This document shows positions 56,798 to 64,000 of a DNA stretch of 64,000 bases, piece by piece; position 1 is the stretch's first letter, and each line of letters starts with the position of its first letter. The notes under the pieces were generated by a model. That model was not told where the DNA came from. It did not search any database and saw only the letters and a program-made list of their open reading frames with translations. The position numbers and the translations under genes are program-made. This DNA is from an uncultured Verrucomicrobiae bacterium (GTDB taxonomy: Bacteria; Verrucomicrobiota; Verrucomicrobiia; Chthoniobacterales; UBA10450): the NCBI GenBank assembly GCA_963776065.1, contig CAVZLJ010000008.1, forward strand, positions 11,457 to 75,456. Direction: 5' to 3'.

Positions 56798-57920
56798 ATG
56801 AATACCGGTAATCCCGATCTCATTCGATTCATTCGCGCGGAAATTGAAAACCACGGGCCGCAATCGTTCGCCTGGTTTGTGCAACAGGCGCTTTACCATC
56901 CCGAGCATGGTTACTATTCCTCCGGCCGCTGTATTATTGGACGCAAAGGGGACTACTTTACCAGCGTGAGCGTTGGCCCCCTTTTCGGCCAATTGTTGAG
57001 CGCGCAGTTCGCCGAAATCTGGGACTGCCTCCGCACACCTGGTCGCCGTGGTGACATCGACAAGTTCACCATAGTTGAGCAGGGTGCCCACGATGGGCAG
57101 TTCGCGCGCGATGTTCTTCAATCTGTGCAAAAACGTACGCCGGAATTCTTCGATGCATTGCGCTATCGAATAGTCGAGCCATTTCCGATTTTACAAGAGC
57201 GGCAAGAGCGGACTTTGGAGTCGTTTCGCGGCAAAGTTGAATGGCGCACATCGCTCGAGCCATTCACCGGTGTCCATTTTTCCAACGAACTGCTGGACTC
57301 GATGCCCGCGCGTCTGATGAGCGGTGGAAGGGAAAAATTTGTAGGTCTCGACGGCGACGACTTTATCTTCGTCGAGCGCTCGATCGATGCTGACGGGAAG
57401 CCTGACGAGGCTGCGCTCGCCTGGATCGACGAGATCGCGTCAAACTTGCAGCGGGGGTATGTCATTGCGATCGATTACGGCCGGTTCGGCGAGGGAGTTC
57501 AGAGAAACGTTCAGGTCCGCGGACACCATCGAAGTTTGAGTTCGCCATTCGAACAAATAGGAGAGGCTGATATCACAATGCCGGTCGATTGGACCAGTAT
57601 CGTCCATCGTGCGGAAACAAACGGATTGCGCGTCGCCGGATTCACCGATCAACATCACTTTCTCACCGGAATCATCTCGGAACTTGGTAGGGGCGGTTCA
57701 CACGAACCGCCCCCGGGCGATTGGGGTCCATCGCTGCTGCCCGATTCGGCCAAGGCAAACGCGCGAATTGCAAACCCTGCTGCATCCGGAAATGCTCGGC
57801 CGCACTTTTCAGGTGCTCGCGCTGGAAAAAAATGCCGGTCTTGGCGCGACGCGGCTCGCTGGCTTCAAATTCGCGCGTGAGCTACGCTCTGCGCTAAGAG
57901 TCACCGATTCGGTGCAGTAA
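56798..57920 (+). pseudogene. MidA/NDUFAF7-family SAM-dependent methyltransferase (DUF185), interrupted by one +1 frameshift near its 3' end
   Basis: FIRAEIENHGPQSFAWFVQQALYHPEHGYYS...GDYFTSVSVGPLFG is in ORF 56747-57880. The family-typical end ELQTLLHPEMLGRTFQVLALEK is only in ORF 57609-57920. The junction is between about 57700 and 57765. Confidence 0.7.
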
Positions 57921-58006
57921 CAGGCCGCGACTTGTGCCAGAATCCGCTGGCGTTAAACGCTAACAAACCCTCACGATCGATGCCATAATACTAAAGCAGG
58001 AGACCG

Positions 58007-58207
58007 ATGAACGAGGCAAAACATGATCACCAGAATCGGGAAGGTCATTTCCATCACCCTCGTTGGAAGCGAGTGCACCACAGTTGGATTTTTTGGGTCG
58101 CCGTGTTCCTGATGATGCTGGCCATCATCACCTACGTGATGACCGGTGACTTGTTCTGGGGCCTGCGGCGCCAGTCAAAACAGCCACAAACGCAAGCCGT
58201 CCCGTAG
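58007..58207 (+). CDS. Small His-rich single-TM protein (66 aa)
   Basis: AGGAG lies 6 nt upstream of the ATG. The TM segment is WIFWVAVFLMMLAIITYVM. Confidence 0.5.
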   Translation: MNEAKHDHQNREGHFHHPRWKRVHHSWIFWVAVFLMMLAIITYVMTGDLFWGLRRQSKQPQTQAVP

Positions 58208-58424
58208 TGCCAGGGTTGCGGGATGAGGCGGCGCCTTTTCGCAATTCGCGATGGAACGATCGGGATGAGCGATCCGGTCGCGACGGCGACACGGATTCGC
58301 CGTGGCGAATCAATCATCACCGATCACCGCTGCAAGCAGCACGGATTCACTGTGGCGGGGATGCGCGACATGGATGGGCAAGGCGAGAGTCCGCGATGAG
58401 CCGCAGCGCACGCGTCACGGCGGA

Positions 58425-58718
58425 TCACGCCGCTTTTTTCTTCGCCACCGCTTTCTTCTTGGCGACGATGACTTCTGGGAACAGCACTACGCGGGCCGGA
58501 ACCTCGGCGGTCCCATTCTGACCGAAGGTCGACTCGAACGTCAGTTTCCCATTAGCGATCTCGGTTAACGCGATATCGGCTGCACGAAGCCCCGGAGCAC
58601 ATTCCACGAGGGGACGAGAACCGAGCGAAAGCTGTCGCACGCGGCGTGAAACCACGTTCACCAGAATTTGTTGATTAGTGATTACTTCGGAGGCGGCTTG
58701 AACGAGTTCGGCTTTCAT
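58425..58718 (-). CDS. rpoZ: DNA-directed RNA polymerase subunit omega
   Basis: ITNQQILVNVVSRRVRQLSLGSRPLV...AADIALTEIANGKL matches the RpoZ core, followed by a Lys/Ala tail. Confidence 0.75.
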   Translation of the reverse strand: MKAELVQAASEVITNQQILVNVVSRRVRQLSLGSRPLVECAPGLRAADIALTEIANGKLTFESTFGQNGTAEVPARVVLFPEVIVAKKKAVAKKKAA

Positions 58719-59136
58719 AATTGATTCTCACTTCTACGCGGCACCCACGTCGCACCGACTTTGGTGCGCACCGGAGGCTGACTTTCCTCCTTCGTCCTTC
58801 GGGTTTCGAAGACCTCCGACTATCGCCCAGAAAACCAATTCCGCAACACGGCATTGACGAGCAGACTTTGGGCAAGCTGAGCAGAGCATTTAACATTTCA
58901 ACTGCTTAGGCCGTATCGCTCTGTTTGAAACTCCCTAGTTGCCCACGTTGACTCATGTGCTCCCGCCCGTTTTGACTTGTCGGTTTGCCCATCCATGCAT
59001 ATCACGATGTAGCCTCGGCAAAGGTGGGTCGTCCGCCCCCGCGAACTCCGTTGTCGAAGCCCTGCAAGTCGCTCTCGCCCTAGCTGAGCCGGGCGGAATC
59101 TCCTAACGAACCAAGGTTGCTGCTTGGCAGCATCGT

Positions 59137-59262
59137 CTACTTCTTTCTCGGCGCAGCCTTGGCGGCTGAGGCCTGTTGCTCTTTCTTCTGAGCCGCGCTG
59201 TTGGCTTTAGTCCGTTGCTGTGCCTTGTGCTTCTGATTCGCTTTCGGAGATTTGTCACCCAT
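59137..59262 (-). CDS. 41-aa Lys/Gln/Ala-rich peptide (below the ORF-track size cut-off)
   Basis: MGDKSPKANQKHKAQQRTKANSAAQKKEQQASAAKAAPRKK. It resembles small MGDKSPK-type peptides I recall from other genomes, but there is no clear SD sequence. Confidence 0.3.
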   Translation of the reverse strand: MGDKSPKANQKHKAQQRTKANSAAQKKEQQASAAKAAPRKK

Positions 59263-59382
59263 GATGAGAAAGGCTCGTCTGGCAATCCGCAAAGTCAACG
59301 TGGGCTTGGACAGAGATAAAAAGGTCAGAAGGCCGATTGAAATTCCCTCGCTGCCTATAAATGCCAGTCCGGCTCGGACTCG

Positions 59383-59568
59383 TCAGCGAAAGAAGATCAA
59401 GTAAACGAGAACGCTTAACACCACCACGGTCATGATGATCATTTGCTGCAGGTGTTTCGCATTAAAGCGCGGCGACGGAATTGCCCCCGATGCGGTAGCA
59501 CAATGACGGCAATGATGATCGACGGTTGAAAGCGCGTAGCCGCAGGTGGGGCAAGGCTCCAGTGGCAT
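59383..59568 (-). CDS. Small zinc-ribbon plus single-TM protein (61 aa)
   Basis: CPTCGY...CRHC followed by the TM segment MIIMTVVVLSVLVYLIFF. Confidence 0.4.
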   Translation of the reverse strand: MPLEPCPTCGYALSTVDHHCRHCATASGAIPSPRFNAKHLQQMIIMTVVVLSVLVYLIFFR

Positions 59569-59648
59569 ACGATACCAATCGCAGACATTGACCTAATAGC
59601 GAGGAATACCCGAGGGGGGAAATGGGGTCGCGTCATCGCTTCGCGGAC

Positions 59649-59680
59649 GTTGAAGGGTTGAATCGTTAAAGCGTTGAATC
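59649..59680. repeat. Repeat family B array, inverted orientation (reverse complement gattcaacgc tttaacga ttcaaccc ttcaac)
   Basis: The first 17 nt of the reverse complement are identical to the copy at 63020. It lies 165 nt upstream of the formate dehydrogenase start. Confidence 0.55.
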
Positions 59681-59844
59681 AGTGCCCCGTCATTAGCTAA
59701 ACGTGCTCCCGCGATTTTTTTTGAAGCTGGAATTGTCAGCTCGACCGAAATCTGGTGAGATGATCTCGATGCTGCATTTGCTCTCAAAATGGCCGCTGGT
59801 TAGGCAAATCTACGAACGGCAAGGATGGCACGGGCCTCGAAGCG

Positions 59845-62800
59845 ATGTCTGACAAGACGCGCGCAATGCATGCACGGATCGATGATGCCCAGATCGCGCG
59901 CTCGATTTGTCCTTACTGCGGCGTGGGGTGTGGCCAACTGATTTATCACAAGAACGGCAAACTGATTTCGATCGAGGGTGACCCGGAGTCGCCGATCAGT
60001 CAGGGGAACCTTTGCCCAAAGGGCGCTGCGTCGTATCAATTGCTTACGCATTCGCGACGCGAAACGAAAGTGAAGTATCGCGCGGCGCGCGCGAAGGAAT
60101 GGAGTGAAATGTCGCTTGATCGCGCGATGGACATGGTGGCGGAGCGCGTCTGGGAATCGCGGAAACGGACATTTGTCAGGGAGGTCGAGGGTTCCGCCGT
60201 CAATCACACCACAGCGATCTGTCATCTGGGCGGCGCCACGCTCGATAACGAAGAAAATTATCTGATTAAAAAACTTTTCACCGGAGGCCTGGGGATGGTT
60301 TGTGTGTCCAACCAGGCCCGGATATGACATAGCAGCACGGTGCCCGGTCTGGGCACCTCCTTCGGCCGTGGCGGAGCTACGACTGCGCAACAGGATCTGG
60401 CCAACGCGGATTGCATTTTGATCGAAGGCTCCTCCATGGCCGAGGCGCATCCGGTCGGTTTTCGCTGGGTAATGAAAGCGAAAGAGCAGGGGGCCACGAT
60501 TATCCATGTCGATCCGCGATTCTCGCGCACGAGCGCACTGGCCGACATCTGGGTGCCGATTCGCGCTGGGTCTGACATCGTTTTTCTCGGTGGACTGATC
60601 AATCACTTGATCGAACACGAGCTGTTCTTTCGCGAGTACGTCGTCCATTACACCAATGCCTCCTGCATTTTGAGCGATGAGTATCGCGACCCTGAGGACA
60701 ACGGCGACGGCTACTTCTCAGGCTGGAACGAAGAGAAGCGCGCTTACGAAGGGAACAGTTGGCTTTACAAAGGCGGCGACCTGAGCCGGCCCCAGCGCGA
60801 TCTTACATTGCAAGATCCGCAATGTGTTTTTCAGAAACTAAAGCGCCATTTCTCCCGTTACACGCCGGAGATGGTGGAGAAAGTCTGCGGTATTTCGCCC
60901 GTTGTTTTTCACAAGGTCGCGCATGCGCTCGCCGCCGCGTCCGGTCCGGAGCGGACCGCGGCGATTTGCTATGCGGTGGGATGGACCCAGCATTCGAAAG
61001 GCGTGCAGATCATTCGTGCCGCGGCGATTTTGCAATTGCTTCTTGGTAACATCGGCCGGCCCGGCGGCGGAATTCTTGCGTTGCGCGGTCACGCTTCGAT
61101 CCAGGGATCGACCGATATTCCGACGCTTTACGACATTCTTCCCGGTTACCTCACAATGCCGCGCAAGGGGGACGAGACGCTTCAGCAGTACCTCGACAAA
61201 TATACAAAGAAGACCGGTCTCTGGGCACATTACCCGGAATATATGGTAAGCACCCTCAAGGCTTACTACGGCAAGCATGCGACTGCGGAGAACGATTTCT
61301 GCTACGGGTTGCTTCCCAAACTTACGGGCAACCATTCCTTCTTCGAATTTCTTTACGACATGCTCGACGGAAAGATGGAGGGCATGTTTTTGATGGGACA
61401 AAACCCAGCCGTTGGCGCGCCCAACTCGCGATTGCAGCGAAAGGCGCTCGCGAAACTCAAATGGTTAGTCGTGCGGGACATGGTCGAAATCGAATCAGCA
61501 AATTTCTGGCGCGAGTCTCCTGAGATCGAGCGCGGCGAATTGAACCCCGAGGATATCGAGACTGAAGTTTTCTTTTTCCCGGCCGCCGGTCACGCCGAGA
61601 AGGAAGGCGCCTTCACTAATACGCAACGACTCTTGCAATGGCGCGAAAAAGCCGTCGATCCGCCCGGGGATTGTCGCTCCGACGCGTGGTTCGTTCATCA
61701 GCTCGCGTTGCGTTTGATCGCGAAAGCGAAAGCATCGAACGACCCAATCGACCAGCCCATGCGCGCGCTGGACTGGTGGTATCCGGAAGATGAATTCGGC
61801 GACACGAGAATGGAAGCCGTGCTCGCAGAAATCAACGGCTGGCACACGAACCCTGTAGCCGCAGGCGTCGACCGCGGCGGGAGTGAAGGGATTGTTTTCG
61901 GTTTAGATCGAAACGGCAATCCTCATCATGGGCCGCAGGTGAACGGTTTCGCAGAATTGAAAGCCGACGGCTCCACCGCGTGCGGCTGCTGGATTTACTC
62001 CGGCGTTTTTGGCCGCGACGGTGTGAACAAAGCGAATTCGCGCAAATCCACAGATTACCTCGGTCACGGCTGGGGATTCAGTTGGCCCAGCGATCGCCGA
62101 ATCATTTACAATCGCGCCAGTGCGCGACCGGACGGCAGACCGTGGAGCGAACGAAAAAAATTGGTGTGGTGGGACTCCGAAAAATGGACGGGCATAGATG
62201 TTCCAGGATTCGTAAAAGGAAAAGCGCCGGATTACGAACCGGAGGTCGGAGCGGAGGGACTCGATGCAATTCCCGGTGATGCGCCGTTTATTCTGCACGA
62301 GGATGGACTCGGCTGGCTTTATGTGCCGAAGGGTTTGAAGGATGGGCCTTTGCCGACTCATTACGAACCCCTTGAGTCGCCAGTCTCAAATGAACTTTAT
62401 TCGCGTGAGACTAATCCGCCGGTGCACTGGTTTCCGCGTGCTGAGAACCGGTTCGCGCCGCCAGGGGATTCAAAGTTTCCGTTTGTTTTGACGACTTATC
62501 GGCTGACCGAACACCATACCGCAGGCGGCATGTCGCGATTTCTCAGTCATCTCGCGGAATTGCAGCCTGAAATGTTTGCCGAGATTTCGCCCGAGCTCGC
62601 GCGCGAGCTCAAGATCAATAATGGCGATTTCGTTTGCATCGTGAGCCTGCGTGCCGCGATTGAAGCGCGCGCCCTTGTTAGTCGTCGGATTCGGCCGTTG
62701 CGCATCAATGGAAAAACGGTGCACCAGGTCGCGGTGCCGTATCATTACGGAACAGCCGGCCTCGTGCGCGGCGGCGCTGCCAATGATCTCCTCACGATCT

Positions 62801-63003
62801 CCGGCGAACCGAATGTCACCATCATGGAAGCCAAGGCGCTCACCTGCAACATCGTGCCGGGGCGACTGCCGCGCGGACCAGCGTTCGCGGAGTTCCTAAA
62901 CAAGTACGCGCCCCAAACAACCTCGGTCATTCTGCATCCCGAGGAACCGCCGCCCGGCGGGACTACAAGTGGCGGAGGTCTTGCGATGGAAGGAAAAGAA
63001 TGA
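59845..63003 (+). CDS. fdnG: Formate dehydrogenase alpha subunit (molybdopterin, FdnG-like), selenocysteine-containing; in-frame TGA at 60325-60327
   Basis: ORFs 59845-60327 and 60340-63003 are in the same frame and separated only by TGA. The context NQARI-U-HSSTVPGLGTSFGRGG matches the FdnG Sec site. The N-terminal 4Fe-4S motif is CPYCGVGCG. Confidence 0.9.
60325..60357 (+). promoter_or_regulatory. UGA(Sec) codon plus bacterial SECIS hairpin
   Basis: 11 nt after the TGA there is the hairpin ggtgccc-ggtct-gggcacc (60339-60357): a perfect 7-bp stem with a GGUCU loop. Confidence 0.75.
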
Positions 63004-63019
63004 GCCGAGTCGGCGTAAT

Positions 63020-63045
63020 GATTCAACGCTTTAACGCTCCAACGG
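63020..63045. repeat. Repeat family B array (gattcaacgc tttaacgc tccaacgg) in the fdh alpha-beta spacer
   Basis: Occupies most of the 49-nt gap between the stop at 63003 and the start at 63053. Confidence 0.55.
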
Positions 63046-63052
63046 TGCGAAA

Positions 63053-63922
63053 ATGATTGGCGAAGGCACAAAGAGCACGAATCAGCGCCGGCACAATTAT
63101 GTGCGGGAAAACGTCGAAGTTGGTTTCTTCACTGATCCGACCGTTTGCATCGGCTGCAAAGCTTGCGAGGTCGCGTGCAAAGAATGGAACGAAGTGCCTG
63201 ATGACGGCTTTTCGTGGTCGGGAAACTCCTACGACAACACCGGGCATCTCGGCGCATCCACATGGCGCCATGTCTTGTTTCTCGAACAAGACCGACAAAA
63301 AGGAAATCAAGTCGTCGGTTCTAACTCGTTAGGCAACGAAGACGGAGAGGATCCATTCCGTTGGATTTTCCTCTCGGATGTTTGCAAACATTGCGAGGAG
63401 GCCGGCTGTCTCGAAGCGTGTCCCACCGGCGCGATTGTGCGCACCGAAGTCGGCTCGGTGCTGGTGCAGAACGATGTTTGCAACGGCTGCGGATATTGCG
63501 TCGTCTCGTGCCCGTTCGGCGTGATCGATCGTCGGCCGCAACCGTTGCCCGACGCTGGCGGCGCCTTCAAGTGCACGTTTTGCTACGATCGACAAAAGAG
63601 CGGACTAGTGCCCGCCTGCGCGAAGGTGTGCCCGACCGAATCAATCGTCTTCGGGCGACTGGATGATTTGCGCGCGCGCGCGTCGCAACGAGTGGAGCAA
63701 TTGCGAGAACACGGTTACACCGATACACAACTTTACGATCCCATTGACACTTCTGTGCGCGGCACTCACGCGTTTTTTCTCATTCTCGGCGAGCCCGAAG
63801 CATACGGCCTTCCGCCGCGGCCGCAGGTTCCGACGATTTATCTCAAGTCTGCGTGGATGGCAGCGTTTGCCACTGCGATCGGTGCGCTAGCGGCAACACT
63901 TTGTGCGTTCGCATTTCTATGA
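63053..63922 (+). CDS. fdnH: Formate dehydrogenase iron-sulfur (beta) subunit, FdnH-like, with a C-terminal TM anchor
   Basis: Four Cys clusters (CIGCKACEVAC, CKHCEEAGCLEAC, CNGCGYCVVSC, CTFCYDR...CAKVC) and the C-terminal segment AWMAAFATAIGALAATLCAFAFL. Confidence 0.9.
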   Translation: MIGEGTKSTNQRRHNYVRENVEVGFFTDPTVCIGCKACEVACKEWNEVPDDGFSWSGNSYDNTGHLGASTWRHVLFLEQDRQKGNQVVGSNSLGNEDGEDPFRWIFLSDVCKHCEEAGCLEACPTGAIVRTEVGSVLVQNDVCNGCGYCVVSCPFGVIDRRPQPLPDAGGAFKCTFCYDRQKSGLVPACAKVCPTESIVFGRLDDLRARASQRVEQLREHGYTDTQLYDPIDTSVRGTHAFFLILGEPEAYGLPPRPQVPTIYLKSAWMAAFATAIGALAATLCAFAFL

Positions 63923-64000
63923 GGCAGAACAGGATGGGAGGACACGTCCGGTAGCCGGCGAGGGCGTCCTTGCGACCGCGACTTCACGAAGAGATTCTGC

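Noticed and set aside
58780-58830. Minus-strand string ggaggaaagtcagcctcc resembling the RNase P RNA P4 motif GAGGAAAGUCCGGGCUCC
   Set aside because: The motif match is only partial. An RNase P RNA starting here would run into the rpoZ coding sequence, and the other conserved RNase P elements are not visible.
59712-59726. PRFFLK string in another frame upstream of fdnG, superficially like a Tat RRxFLK motif
   Set aside because: It has a single Arg, the following residues (LELSARPKSGEM) are not a hydrophobic h-region, and the frame ends in a stop at 59850-59852. It is judged coincidental.
59570-59844. Possible molybdenum-cofactor riboswitch or other leader upstream of the formate dehydrogenase
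   Set aside because: I could not recognise the conserved Moco-motif helices by eye. The region is mainly occupied by a family B repeat. This is left for an Rfam scan.
59800-60648. 282-aa ORF on the minus strand
   Set aside because: It is antisense to the well-supported formate dehydrogenase gene, has Arg/Ala/Gly-rich shadow-ORF composition typical of GC-rich DNA, and shows no recognisable motif.
59845-63003. ORF track shows two separate ORFs (59845-60327 and 60340-63003) that could be read as a small Fe-S protein plus a truncated molybdoenzyme
   Set aside because: Both are in the same frame and are separated only by TGA at the conserved Sec position, with a SECIS hairpin 11 nt downstream. 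They are treated as one selenoprotein gene.
31702-63045. Tandem octamer arrays as a CRISPR array or a mini-satellite
   Set aside because: The units are 8-9 nt with no spacers, each locus has only 3-4 copies, and no cas genes are present. They are classed as interspersed short repeats.

Overview
GC-rich bacterial chromosomal segment with about 55 protein-coding genes on both strands. Most are housekeeping, envelope or central-metabolism genes: a partial SF2 helicase, an ABC-F ATPase, tkt, dnaB, rplI, sufT, rnr, folP-cdaA, a PAP2-GT39-GT2 operon, ptsN, argS, treY, efp, a KpsF/GutQ isomerase, PBP1A, rpoZ, and a selenocysteine formate dehydrogenase alpha/beta pair at the 3' end. I saw no rRNA, tRNA, CRISPR array, transposase, integrase or phage module, and I found no self-contained novel multi-gene system. 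Gene content and the interspersed repeats suggest a soil Verrucomicrobia/PVC-like organism, but that is an unverified guess. Five things stand out. (1) Six, possibly seven, recognisable genes are broken by nine to ten frame disruptions, and every one is displaced +1 nt in the reading direction. (2) Intergenic spaces hold a mosaic of at least four short repeat families. One copy appears to sit in frame inside argS, and others supply spurious ATG codons. (3) The formate dehydrogenase has an in-frame UGA followed by a canonical SECIS hairpin but no Tat signal peptide. (4) There is an RsmA-Nudix fusion ORF with a triple TGTTCACA operator-like motif upstream. (5) EF-P carries Asn at the position normally occupied by the modified Lys/Arg. 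All calls come from reading the ORF translations and the sequence by eye; no database search was possible.
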